From Candidatus Nanoarchaeia archaeon (GTDB taxonomy: Archaea > Nanobdellota > Nanobdellia > SCGC-AAA011-G17 > JAGVZF01), in NCBI GenBank assembly GCA_035288965.1, contig DATDYQ010000104.1:10089-74088 (forward strand): 64,000 bases of DNA, given 5' to 3'. Each line of letters opens with the position of its first letter. Position 1 is the stretch's first letter. The position numbers and the translations under genes were made by a program. Below are positions 28,941-38,806 of the stretch, piece after piece. The notes under the pieces are model-generated. The model made no database searches. It saw nothing but the letters and a program-made list of their open reading frames with translations, and was not told where the DNA came from.

Positions 28941-30395
28941 TTAAACCGTAGCTTCTCCGCTTTTTCCTGTTATTAAATTTAAAGCACCTAAAGCTCCTCT
29001 CGCATAATATTTTACTTGTTCAAATGATTTAATTCCAACAAACATTTTCCATAAATAGCTTGGTCTCATATAAAATTCTTTGTAAGCTTTCTTTCTTAAC
29101 TCTTGTAGTTGATCTGTTGTTAACTCTCTAGATCTTATTAATGGATCTTCAGCTATTTGCACCCAATTATCCCAATTTGGATCTGAAATTAAGTTTTCTT
29201 TTACAGTAATATCATACAATCCGGTTCCAACAATCGGGATTGCTAAAAAGAAATAAGCTAACTGAGGGTTAATTTCTTTAGCTAATTTTATTGTTTCTTC
29301 AAATGTTTCTTTTGTTTCACCTGGATATCCTAAAATAAAAGATGCTGATGCCGGAATTCCAACTTCGTGTATTAACTTGAAAGCTGCTTTTATTTGTGCA
29401 GGAGTTTGATCTTTTTCCATTGCATCCAATATTTTTTGACTTCCTGATTCAACCCCAAATCTAACAAAATAACATCCTGATCTTTTCATCTTTTCTAAGC
29501 TTTCCCTATCACAATGATTAACTCTAGTTAAACAGTTCCAATGCAAATCATAATCTCTTTTTATTAATCCATCTAAAATTGGGTTCATTCTACTTTTATT
29601 AATAACAAAAATTTCGTCATTAAATTCTAAGCAATGAATATTAAATTTATCAACTAAATAATCTATTTCTTCCAATGTTCTTTCAACACTCCAATATCTA
29701 ACTTTTCTTGTCCACATAACTTTAGAAGCGCAAAAGTTACATCTATAAGGACAACCTCTCAAAGAAAAGAATATGGAAAACGGTTGTAATTTAACTCCGC
29801 TAACTTGGAAAGAGCTATGATGCGCAGGTGGTCTATATAATTCCATTGGTAATAAATCATAAGCTGGCATTGGCAACATATCTAAGTTTTCAATTAAAGG
29901 ACGAGGAGCAGTCATTCTTATCTGTCCATTATCTCTATAAATCATTCCATTAACTTTAGATAAATCTTTTTTTCCTCTTTTCTCTAATTTATCCAATAAT
30001 TCAACTGTTGTTAACTCTCCCTCGCTAATAACTCCATAATCAACAATTGGAAATTCCTTCATTGTCTCAAATGGCAATGCAGTCATGTGATCTCCGCCTA
30101 AGAAAGTCTTGACATTAGGATTAACATTTCTAGCTATTTGTAAAACATCACAAGCTTTTTTTACTGTAGGCGTAACAGCTCCAACCCCAACAACATCAAC
30201 ATCTTTAGGTATATGTTTATGTAATTCCTTCATCGGAATTTGCAACGCTACTGCATCTAAAATGCTTACTTTATGTCCCTTTTCTCTCATGTAAGCAGCA
30301 AGATAAGCTAGCCCCATTGGTTGATTAATTCCTGCAACTGTTGGAACCTTTTTATATACTTCTTGATAACTTGGATTTATTAGCTGAACTTTCAT
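28941..30395 (-). CDS. B12-binding radical SAM enzyme
   Basis: N-terminal B12-binding-like domain, 'CPYRCNFC', 'FGVESGS'. Confidence 0.8.
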   Translation of the reverse strand: MKVQLINPSYQEVYKKVPTVAGINQPMGLAYLAAYMREKGHKVSILDAVALQIPMKELHKHIPKDVDVVGVGAVTPTVKKACDVLQIARNVNPNVKTFLGGDHMTALPFETMKEFPIVDYGVISEGELTTVELLDKLEKRGKKDLSKVNGMIYRDNGQIRMTAPRPLIENLDMLPMPAYDLLPMELYRPPAHHSSFQVSGVKLQPFSIFFSLRGCPYRCNFCASKVMWTRKVRYWSVERTLEEIDYLVDKFNIHCLEFNDEIFVINKSRMNPILDGLIKRDYDLHWNCLTRVNHCDRESLEKMKRSGCYFVRFGVESGSQKILDAMEKDQTPAQIKAAFKLIHEVGIPASASFILGYPGETKETFEETIKLAKEINPQLAYFFLAIPIVGTGLYDITVKENLISDPNWDNWVQIAEDPLIRSRELTTDQLQELRKKAYKEFYMRPSYLWKMFVGIKSFEQVKYYARGALGALNLITGKSGEATV

Positions 30396-30544
30396 TTTAA
30401 TCCCTCAGAATCGTGCCTCTTTTTGTATATATATCTTTCTTAGAATTTTGATTTTTAAGCATTATTGTGATATAATATATAGTTAACAATAGTTAATTAA
30501 ACCCAAACTAAAGCTTTTTAAATAATTCAATCAGAATAATAAAA

Positions 30545-32047
30545 ATGAATAAAAAACATTTGAATATTATAGCAGGTGGAGCTTTAATCACTCTAATTGG
30601 AATTCTAATCTCTAAATTATTCAGTTATTTTTATAGATTAATTGTTTCAAGATTGGGAAGTGAAAATTATGGATTAATATCATTAGCTTTCGCTGTTGTT
30701 GGAATACTTTCAATATTCACTTCCATTGGTTTAGATTTTGGTATTACTAGATATATCTCTTATTATAAAAACAAAAATGATCTTCCAAGATTAAAAGGAA
30801 CTTTTTTTTCAGCTTTTAAGATTAGTTTTGTTTTAAGTATAATATTTAGTATGATTTTATTCTTTTCTTCTAATTTCATTTCTATAAATCTGTTTCATAA
30901 TCAAAATCTTTCCATTTTATTAAAAGTATTTTCTCTTGTTTTAATATTCCAATCAGTAAGAAAGATAATAACAGAAACTATAAGGGCATTCCAAAAGATA
31001 AATTATTATGTAATCTCATTAAATATAGTTGAGCCTGTTGTAAATCTTTTATTAACTTTAATTTTTATCTATCTTGGTTATAGCCTTACAGGCATTAGTA
31101 TTGCTTATGTATCTGCTGTATTTATCAGTCTTGCAATTTCTATTTATTTTTTAGAAAAAAAAGTATTTCCGATATTTACTAGTAAAATTGCTTCTATTTA
31201 TGAAAATAAGGAATTAATATCATATTCATGGCCGTTAATGTTTAGTACAGCTTTAGCAAGATTTATTGTCTGGACAGATATATTATTCCTAGGATTTTAT
31301 AAAACCGCTTCTGACGTTGGAATCTATAATACTGCAATACCTACTGCACAATTGCTTTTAATAGCACCAACAGCTATTCTAAACCTATTTGTTCCGATAA
31401 TAACTGAATTAATAGCAAAAAATAATCCAGATGAAATTAAAGGTATTTATCAAACAACAACAAAATGGATTTTCTTCATTAACTTTCCAATATTTCTGAT
31501 ATTTATAATGAATTCTAATCCAATATTAAAAGTATTATTTGGTTCAGAATATTCTATTGGTTTTATGGCTTTAATCGTTTTGTCTGTTGGTTATTTTATT
31601 AATTCAATATTATTTGCGTCAAGATACATGCTTGATTCTCTAAAGAAAACAAAATTTATTTTACTAAATACAATCATAGTCACATTGTTAAATATCATTC
31701 TCAACTTAATCTTAATTCCAAAATATGGAATTTTAGGAGCAGCGATAGCAACCGCATTAACAATTTCATTATTTGGAATAATAAACTGGATTAAAGTTTA
31801 TAATATAAATAAAATAAATGTTTTCAAATTAAGTTATGTAAAATCTATATTTGCTAGCATAATCGCAGTAGTGCCAGTATATTTATTCTTAAAAATTACT
31901 AACCTTACAACCTTCTTCCTTTCATTTATCCTATCTGGAGCAATTTACGGTTTCTTAATGTGGAAAACAAAAGCCTTATCTAAAGAAGACGGTGAAGTGC
32001 TTGATAGTTTAATAAAATTTAAAAAAGTAAAAGATATAGGATCATAA
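30545..32047 (+). CDS. Wzx-like oligosaccharide flippase (polysaccharide biosynthesis protein, MOP superfamily)
   Basis: About 12-14 TM segments in the typical Wzx arrangement. Confidence 0.65.
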   Translation: MNKKHLNIIAGGALITLIGILISKLFSYFYRLIVSRLGSENYGLISLAFAVVGILSIFTSIGLDFGITRYISYYKNKNDLPRLKGTFFSAFKISFVLSIIFSMILFFSSNFISINLFHNQNLSILLKVFSLVLIFQSVRKIITETIRAFQKINYYVISLNIVEPVVNLLLTLIFIYLGYSLTGISIAYVSAVFISLAISIYFLEKKVFPIFTSKIASIYENKELISYSWPLMFSTALARFIVWTDILFLGFYKTASDVGIYNTAIPTAQLLLIAPTAILNLFVPIITELIAKNNPDEIKGIYQTTTKWIFFINFPIFLIFIMNSNPILKVLFGSEYSIGFMALIVLSVGYFINSILFASRYMLDSLKKTKFILLNTIIVTLLNIILNLILIPKYGILGAAIATALTISLFGIINWIKVYNINKINVFKLSYVKSIFASIIAVVPVYLFLKITNLTTFFLSFILSGAIYGFLMWKTKALSKEDGEVLDSLIKFKKVKDIGS

Positions 32048-33592
32048 AGCATATAATTTAAATTTCTTGTTTTCATATAATAATCTAAAATTCATTTCTT
32101 TTTCAACGACAATATAATCTACCCCATATTTTCTCTTTAAAACTAAAAAATCGTCTTCATTTAATTTATTATATCCTTCATCACATTTTTCAATAAATAT
32201 TACCGCATCAACTTTAAAATCCTTTGTCTTACAAACATCTTTAATTCTTTCAATAGCTGTTTTAACTAGTGAAGGATTATACAAAAAATTTCCTGCCGTC
32301 TTCCAGTCAATTAAATTACTCCTTTTAGAAAAAGCATTAAATCCAGTATACAATGGGGGGGTTATAAATAAAGAATCTTTATCTGTGTTTTTTTCAGCCC
32401 AATAAGATATATCTTGGAATTCATCTGATTGTTTATCTCCAGGATATTCAATATTGTAAATAAATCCTTTTTCTACTCCAACAAAAGCAGGAACTAAAAT
32501 TATGATTAACAAAAATATGATTGTAAAATAAAATATAAATGATTGTAAACTTATTATCTTTCTAAAATCTTTCCTATAAAAATTGATCAAATAATTCGCA
32601 ATATAAATTAAAACAAATATCTTAAAAAATATGAAACTCCTAAACAATATTGCAGTCATAAGAATAGGGACTGGAAAAACTTCGCTAAAAATTAACCCAA
32701 ATATCCCCATTATTCCAATTGCAACTAAAAATAAAATAATTTTTCTATTCAATCTTTCTTCTGGTTTATATCTTAAAGAAACTCCAAATAAGTATAATAA
32801 AACTCCAAATAAAACAAATTGATAAATAGGCCACAAACTTGGAAATATATGATGACTTAATCTCAATTTAAGAAAATCCAGCCATAATCCTTTATCAACA
32901 CTTAATTTTTGTATTCCTAAACTTCCAATAATAATTGGTAAACTTAAAACAAAAAAGAAAATATAAGATAATATAACTTCTTTCATTTTTCTTTTCTCAA
33001 GTATCTTGCTTTTCTGAATATAACTAACTAAAAGATAAAAAGAATACATCGCAATTACATATAAAGAAACTAATAAATTAAGGTAATTAATAATTACCAA
33101 TAATAAAAAAGCTATAATATAATTTTTCTTTAAAAAGAAAAAAATTGAAAATAAAGCTATCGGTAAAGAAAAAAACCATGGACTTATCGTACTATCGATT
33201 AGTTTTATATTACCCAATGTTAACAAAGTTCCTTTTACCCCTATTAATAAAATAACGCTCAAAATTCCAACTAATTTATCTTTAAATAAATAATAAGCCA
33301 ATAAAAATATAGAAAAAACTAATAATAATCTTGAAAATAAAAATCCTAAAAAGAAAAACCATTCAACATTAATATCTTTAAAAAACTCTCCAAAAGTTAG
33401 TTCTATCGGTGCATATATTATCCTTAAATTATCAACTAATATATCTTTATCATATAAGCTATTATCTTTATAGTAATTTATCAAAGGAACATAAACAACA
33501 CTATCATTAGAATTAAAATTATATCCTGTATAAAATATTGAAGCTATAGCTAATAATATTAATATTATTACTGTAAATGTCCATCTTTTCAT
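32042..33592 (-). CDS. Integral membrane protein with a C-terminal soluble domain. It may be a GT-C or polymerase type.
   Basis: Hydrophobicity pattern only. Confidence 0.45.
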   Translation of the reverse strand: MKRWTFTVIILILLAIASIFYTGYNFNSNDSVVYVPLINYYKDNSLYDKDILVDNLRIIYAPIELTFGEFFKDINVEWFFFLGFLFSRLLLVFSIFLLAYYLFKDKLVGILSVILLIGVKGTLLTLGNIKLIDSTISPWFFSLPIALFSIFFFLKKNYIIAFLLLVIINYLNLLVSLYVIAMYSFYLLVSYIQKSKILEKRKMKEVILSYIFFFVLSLPIIIGSLGIQKLSVDKGLWLDFLKLRLSHHIFPSLWPIYQFVLFGVLLYLFGVSLRYKPEERLNRKIILFLVAIGIMGIFGLIFSEVFPVPILMTAILFRSFIFFKIFVLIYIANYLINFYRKDFRKIISLQSFIFYFTIIFLLIIILVPAFVGVEKGFIYNIEYPGDKQSDEFQDISYWAEKNTDKDSLFITPPLYTGFNAFSKRSNLIDWKTAGNFLYNPSLVKTAIERIKDVCKTKDFKVDAVIFIEKCDEGYNKLNEDDFLVLKRKYGVDYIVVEKEMNFRLLYENKKFKLYAL

Positions 33593-33651
33593 GAAATAAA
33601 TATAGATAAAAAGATTTTTAAATTGTATTATCTTATCATTTTATTATAAAA

Positions 33652-34617
33652 ATGAGTCTTGAAAAATTAGTTAAGGGTTTAGGAATTACTTTAGGTGTAG
33701 GTTTTGGAATTTTAGGATTTAACAGAAGTTTAGAAGCCAGAACTTTAAGAGTTCCTTCAGTTGAATATTTAACAATACAATCTGGTGTAGATGCTGCTAC
33801 AGATGATGATACTGTCTTAGTTGCTTCTGGAATTTATAATGAACAATTAGGAATAATAGATAAATCAATTACTCTTAAAAGCGAATCTGGATATGATTTA
33901 ACTACAATAGATGGCGGTTCTACAGGATGGACTATAAATATTCCACCCAGTCTTTCTAATCTCATGGATGTTATTGAAGGCTTTACAATTAAAGGAGAAA
34001 ATGGAATTGCTGCTTCTCCATATCAATCTACTATAAGAATAGAAAATAATAAATTTAAAACAATAAGTGGGGCAATAGGAGTTGGTAGAGGTATCGTAGT
34101 TATATTAAGAAATTTTATAGATAATAGTGGAGGTCCTGCTATCGGAGTAACTAACGGAACAGCAAATATATTTTATAATGTTATAATAGATAACACTAAT
34201 CAAGTTAGTACTGGGGGGATAGAATTAGAACCTGGAGTAGTATATCTTAGTAGAAATACACTCATAGGACGTTCTAAAATAGAAATTATTGGATCCGGTT
34301 CTCTAACATATTCTAATAATGTATTTTATACCCTTGGAAATAAACCTTCACAAATTAACAGTAACACGATGTATAATGAAGGCTGTAATGATTTCTTTAT
34401 AAACGGTTATCTACCGAATGTAGTTCACCCTACAGATATTTCTACAAATCCTATGTTTTGTGACGAAGTGAATAATGATTTTTATCTTGATTCTGATTCA
34501 CCATGCTTACCTCAAAACAGTAATGGTTGTGGTTTAATTGGAGCTTTAGGAATGGGTTGTGGAGCAGTTCCAACAATTTCAAAAACATGGGGAAGAATAA
34601 AAGCAATGTATAAATAA
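33652..34617 (+). CDS. Secreted right-handed parallel beta-helix repeat protein
   Basis: N-terminal signal or anchor, then repeated 'N..I.DN' beta-helix rungs (NNKFKTISGAIGVG, NFIDNSGGPAIGVTNG, NVIIDNTN). Confidence 0.55.
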   Translation: MSLEKLVKGLGITLGVGFGILGFNRSLEARTLRVPSVEYLTIQSGVDAATDDDTVLVASGIYNEQLGIIDKSITLKSESGYDLTTIDGGSTGWTINIPPSLSNLMDVIEGFTIKGENGIAASPYQSTIRIENNKFKTISGAIGVGRGIVVILRNFIDNSGGPAIGVTNGTANIFYNVIIDNTNQVSTGGIELEPGVVYLSRNTLIGRSKIEIIGSGSLTYSNNVFYTLGNKPSQINSNTMYNEGCNDFFINGYLPNVVHPTDISTNPMFCDEVNNDFYLDSDSPCLPQNSNGCGLIGALGMGCGAVPTISKTWGRIKAMYK

Positions 34618-34868
34618 TGGGCATAAAGAACTTTTTTGTTGAGGAAATAGAAGAAGGTAAAAAGAGAAAAAGAGACTGGCCATTAATAATATTTGTTTCT
34701 ATATTCTTGCTATTAATACTTTCTGGAATTTTTAATGATAATCTTGGATTTGCTGGACAATTGGGCGGATATTTTCTATGGATCTGGATAATCTTTTGGT
34801 TAATATTCTGGTTGACAAAATGTGTGGTAAAAAAGACTAAAAAAGAAAAGAATGTAAAACAAAAATGA
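34617..34868 (+). CDS. Small two-TM membrane protein
   Basis: ORF with hydrophobic segments. Confidence 0.35.
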   Translation: MGIKNFFVEEIEEGKKRKRDWPLIIFVSIFLLLILSGIFNDNLGFAGQLGGYFLWIWIIFWLIFWLTKCVVKKTKKEKNVKQK

Positions 34869-35578
34869 CTGAAAAAAATAATAAAGAATTGTTCAAATCA
34901 TTTTTTATATTAGGACTTGTTTCTATATCTATTTTATTTATATTTGTTTATTGTGATTATTTTTATAATTACACCAATAAAGATGGTGCACTCCAATTTT
35001 CTTATATAGCTCTATTCATATCGATATTAACTTTATTTGCATTAGGCACATTTGAGTTTTATACTAAATATTATGAAACTAACAAGTCTTTAAAAATTAA
35101 TAGATACAAATTGGAAATGTTAATGCAAGAAATTGCTACTAACCAAGATATTTTAAATAATGTATTTTTAAAAAATAAAGAAGTGACATTAAAAAATAAA
35201 ATTAAAGAGAAAAAGAGTGTGTATAGTATTTTAGCTTCTGGATTTCTAACTACCTCTTTAAAAGACATACTTGAAAATATTTATCTAGAAAATCAATTTT
35301 TAAGAGCGAAAATTACCTTTTATCACTTCAGAATCGATTCTATAAATTCAATGATAAATATACAAGCTTATAGAAATTTTGATGTAGAAAGTCAGTTATT
35401 AAACTATAAAAATATTTACATGCTTATGGAAAAAAAGGTCGTTATGACTTTCTTTGAGAAATCTGACAAGGATATTGATAAAAATTTAAAATATATATAT
35501 GCAGAACCCATTGACTTAAATGAACTTTTTGATAAATTAATAAATGATGTTAAAGATTATATTAAGAATTATTGTTAA
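34865..35578 (+). CDS. Hypothetical membrane-anchored protein
   Basis: ORF with two N-terminal TM segments. Confidence 0.4.
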   Translation: MTEKNNKELFKSFFILGLVSISILFIFVYCDYFYNYTNKDGALQFSYIALFISILTLFALGTFEFYTKYYETNKSLKINRYKLEMLMQEIATNQDILNNVFLKNKEVTLKNKIKEKKSVYSILASGFLTTSLKDILENIYLENQFLRAKITFYHFRIDSINSMINIQAYRNFDVESQLLNYKNIYMLMEKKVVMTFFEKSDKDIDKNLKYIYAEPIDLNELFDKLINDVKDYIKNYC

Positions 35579-35642
35579 ATGAAAAAGAAAAAAGTTTATA
35601 TACTAATTTCTCTATATGAAATGTACAAAAAGAGGTTTTGAC

Positions 35643-35659
35643 CTCAAGATTTTCTTGAG
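35643..35659. other. Tight inverted repeat (7-bp stem CTCAAGA/TCTTGAG, 3-nt loop)
   Basis: Read directly from the sequence. It lies between the 34865 gene's 3' end and the small ORF at 35701. Confidence 0.4.
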
Positions 35660-35700
35660 ACCCTATATCAAATAAAAATTAATAATGGGGGTGATTTAAA

Positions 35701-35823
35701 ATGGGAAATGCTTTAGCCTGGTTTGTTTTGGCAATATTATTAGCAATAATAATATTAACAATAGCACCAAGTCTTAAGGTAACGGCCTTAGATGTAATCA
35801 GGGCTGCACGTGGAGGAACGTAA
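35701..35823 (+). CDS. Candidate small hydrophobic peptide (about 40 aa). It is not in the supplied ORF track.
   Basis: ATG at 35701 is preceded by GGGGGTGA (SD-like) at an appropriate spacing. The translation MGNALAWFVLAILLAIIILTIAPSLKVTALDVIRAARGGT is a single TM helix. Confidence 0.3.
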   Translation: MGNALAWFVLAILLAIIILTIAPSLKVTALDVIRAARGGT

Positions 35824-35841
35824 ATCCTTTACTATCCATAA

Positions 35842-37455
35842 TTGTATTCTTTACTGATTTCCATAAATAAAAGACTAAGAAAAGGTTTAAATATCTTTAA
35901 ATTTTTCATTATTATGCTGAAAAGAGGTGTAGGAGTATCTATGAATAAAAGTGTTAGGATTAGAAAGAAAAAGATCATTTTAATCTATCCTAATCTAGGT
36001 ATTTATGGAAAGATTATTCAAGATTTACCATTAGCTTTACTACAAACAGCAAGAATTGTTTATGACAAAGGCTATGACATATTAATTCTCGATCAAAGAT
36101 TAGATGATAATTGGAAAGATACATTAAAAAAAGAGATTAACAAAGACACTTTATTTGTAGCCTTATCTGCAATGATAGGAGAACCAATAAACTATGCTTT
36201 AGAAATTGCAAAGTTCATGAAAGATAACTATCCTGAAATGCCTGTTCTCTGGGGCGGTATTCATCCAACATTATTGCCTTTACAAACTTTAGAACATCCA
36301 TTAGTCGATATTGTAATTAAAGGAGATGGAGAAGAAACAATCTATGATGTTGCTCAAGCATTGGAAAAAGGTAAATCATTAAAAGGAATTCCAGGTGTTT
36401 TTTATAAAGAAAAAGATGGAACTATAGTTTCAAATCCAGTAAGAGCTCCATCTAATCTAGATGTTTTGCCTCCAATTCCATATAACCTAGTTAATATAGA
36501 AGCTTATGAAAGGCAAGGATTCAAAGAAAAAACATTTACAATATTTACCTCAGCTTCCTGCCCTCATCGATGTGCATTCTGCCATGTTCCAGGTGAAAAA
36601 AGCACTTGGCGTCCAGAAAGTGTAGATAGAACAATGAAACATCTAAGATTTATCTATGATACTTATCATCCCCAATATATTTACTTTGGTGATAATGATT
36701 TCTTTGTAAGAATGGATAGAGCTAAAGAAATTTTCGCAAGAATAAAAGAAGAAAAATTTGAAGGAGTAACTTTCGGTTTCAGAGGAACAAGAATAGATGA
36801 ACTAGATAGAATGGATGATACAATGTTATCTCTAATGGAAGAAATCAATCTAACATATTTACACATTGGAGCTGAATCAGGATCTCAAAGAATTTTAGAT
36901 TTTATCTGGAAAGATATCAAAGTAGAACAAACAATAAGAGTAAACCAAAAACTTGCCCATCATCCAAAACTTCATCCATCTTATAATTTCTTCTGCGGAG
37001 TTCCTACAGAAACTAAAGCTGATCTTAAAGCAACAACTGATCTAATTTTAAGATTATTAAAAGATAATCCAAATTCTCAAATTAGCAGCGCAACTCAATT
37101 CACTCCTTATCCTGGAACAAGATTATTTGACATCGCTATTCAATATGGATTTCAACCTCCAACCTCTCTAGAAGGATGGGCAAAATTTGATCCAAGTGAT
37201 TTCGCAAAAAGACTTCCATGGTTAAGTAAAGAAAGACAAAGATTATTAGATTTAATTTACATAACAGCCTGGTTTGTAGATAAGAAAGTAAACTGGAACT
37301 TTACATCAGATGAAATGTTTTGGAAAGTTTTCCGTACATTATCATCAGCTTATCGTCCAATAGCAAAGTTTAGATTAAAACATCATTTTACAGGTCTTCC
37401 ATTTGAATATCCAGCAAGAAAAATATTCTTTAACATATTAGAAAATAGAAACTAA
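35842..37455 (+). CDS. B12-binding radical SAM enzyme. The true start is probably the ATG at 35941.
   Basis: 'KIILIYPNLG' B12-domain start, 'CPHRCAFC', 'IGAESGS'. GAGGTG lies upstream of the ATG at 35941. Confidence 0.8.
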   Translation: MYSLLISINKRLRKGLNIFKFFIIMLKRGVGVSMNKSVRIRKKKIILIYPNLGIYGKIIQDLPLALLQTARIVYDKGYDILILDQRLDDNWKDTLKKEINKDTLFVALSAMIGEPINYALEIAKFMKDNYPEMPVLWGGIHPTLLPLQTLEHPLVDIVIKGDGEETIYDVAQALEKGKSLKGIPGVFYKEKDGTIVSNPVRAPSNLDVLPPIPYNLVNIEAYERQGFKEKTFTIFTSASCPHRCAFCHVPGEKSTWRPESVDRTMKHLRFIYDTYHPQYIYFGDNDFFVRMDRAKEIFARIKEEKFEGVTFGFRGTRIDELDRMDDTMLSLMEEINLTYLHIGAESGSQRILDFIWKDIKVEQTIRVNQKLAHHPKLHPSYNFFCGVPTETKADLKATTDLILRLLKDNPNSQISSATQFTPYPGTRLFDIAIQYGFQPPTSLEGWAKFDPSDFAKRLPWLSKERQRLLDLIYITAWFVDKKVNWNFTSDEMFWKVFRTLSSAYRPIAKFRLKHHFTGLPFEYPARKIFFNILENRN

Positions 37456-37457
37456 AC

Positions 37458-38087
37458 ATGAACATTGACGACTATTTTAAGTATAGGTTACCCTATGATA
37501 AAAATAGGGAAATAGTATGGAAAGAAATAGCTAAATATCTGCAAAAATTTATTCCAAAAACATCTAAAATTCTTGAGCTGGGAGCTGGTTATTGTGAATT
37601 TATCAATAATATTCAAGGACAAGAAAAACATGCTCTTGATGTTTACCAAGAGATTAAGAATTTCGCAAAACAAGATGTAATAACTCACGTTTCTTCCTGC
37701 ACTAAAATAAAACTAGATAAAGAATCTTTTGACATTGTATTTGCTAGTAATTTGCTTGAACATCTGAATAAAGAGGATATAGACAAAACATTAAATGAAA
37801 TTTACAGAATATTAAAGAAAGAAGGTAAATTAATCTTAATTCAGCCAAATTTTAAGTATGCTTACAAAGAATATTTCGATGATTACACTCATCAAACAAT
37901 TTTTACTGATCTAAGTTTAAATGACTTATTATTATCAAAAAACTTCACAATCCTAAAATTAATGCCAAAATTCCTTCCAATATCGCTTAAATCTAAACTT
38001 CCAAAAAATTCGTTACTAATAAAAACTTATCTGCATTCTCCTATTAAACCATTCGGCAAGCAAATGTTAGTAATAGCAAAGAAATAG
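37458..38087 (+). CDS. Class I SAM-dependent methyltransferase
   Basis: 'ILELGAGYCEF', 'FDIVFASNLLEHL' and 'KEGKLILIQPN'. Confidence 0.65.
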   Translation: MNIDDYFKYRLPYDKNREIVWKEIAKYLQKFIPKTSKILELGAGYCEFINNIQGQEKHALDVYQEIKNFAKQDVITHVSSCTKIKLDKESFDIVFASNLLEHLNKEDIDKTLNEIYRILKKEGKLILIQPNFKYAYKEYFDDYTHQTIFTDLSLNDLLLSKNFTILKLMPKFLPISLKSKLPKNSLLIKTYLHSPIKPFGKQMLVIAKK

Positions 38088-38806
38088 TGATAAAGATGTG
38101 GCAAAAACAAAAAGTATCTGTAATCTTTCCTACATATAATGAAAAAGATTCTATATATTCTTCAATCCAGGATTTTTTCGCATCAAAATATGTAGATGAA
38201 ATTATAGTTGTTAATAACAATGCAGCTTCTGGAACTAAAGAAGAAGTAGATAAGACAAAAGCAATCCAAGTATTTGAAACAAAACAAGGTTATGGTCATG
38301 CTATTAGGCGTGGATTTAAAGAAGTTAAAGGAGATATAATAATTATATCTGAGCCAGATGGAACATTTTCGGGAAAAGATATTCTTAAATTATTATCATA
38401 CTCAGATAATTTTGATGTTGTTTTCGGTTCTAGAACCTGGAGTATAATGATACAACAAGGAGCTAACATGGGATTTTTCTTAAAGTGGGGCAATTGGTTT
38501 TTAGCAAAACTGATGCAATTCTCATTTAACACAACAAGATTAACAGATATTGGCTGCACAATGAGATTAATAAAAAAAGATGCTCTAAATAAAATAGAAA
38601 AAGATTTTACAGTAGGATCTTCTCATTTTGGAGTTGAAATGATGCTCTTAATAATGAGCAATAAAATAAGATTCATCGAAGTTCCTGTTTCTTATCATCC
38701 AAGAGTTGGTCAATCTTCAGTTACAGGAAGTAAAATAAAAGCATTTTTTCTCGGTTTAGATATGTTAAGCTTGGTAATAAAACATAGAATTAAAAGTTTA
38801 TTTTAG
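38087..38806 (+). CDS. GT2 glycosyltransferase (DPM1-like)
   Basis: 'VSVIFPTYNEKDSI' and 'IIIISEPDGT'. Confidence 0.7.
   Translation: MIKMWQKQKVSVIFPTYNEKDSIYSSIQDFFASKYVDEIIVVNNNAASGTKEEVDKTKAIQVFETKQGYGHAIRRGFKEVKGDIIIISEPDGTFSGKDILKLLSYSDNFDVVFGSRTWSIMIQQGANMGFFLKWGNWFLAKLMQFSFNTTRLTDIGCTMRLIKKDALNKIEKDFTVGSSHFGVEMMLLIMSNKIRFIEVPVSYHPRVGQSSVTGSKIKAFFLGLDMLSLVIKHRIKSLF

Noticed and set aside
30396-30544. A divergent promoter or operator between the B12-rSAM gene and the flippase gene ('agttaacaatagttaa' near-repeat)
   Set aside because: The repeat is imperfect and short in an extremely AT-rich spacer. It is not distinguishable from background.
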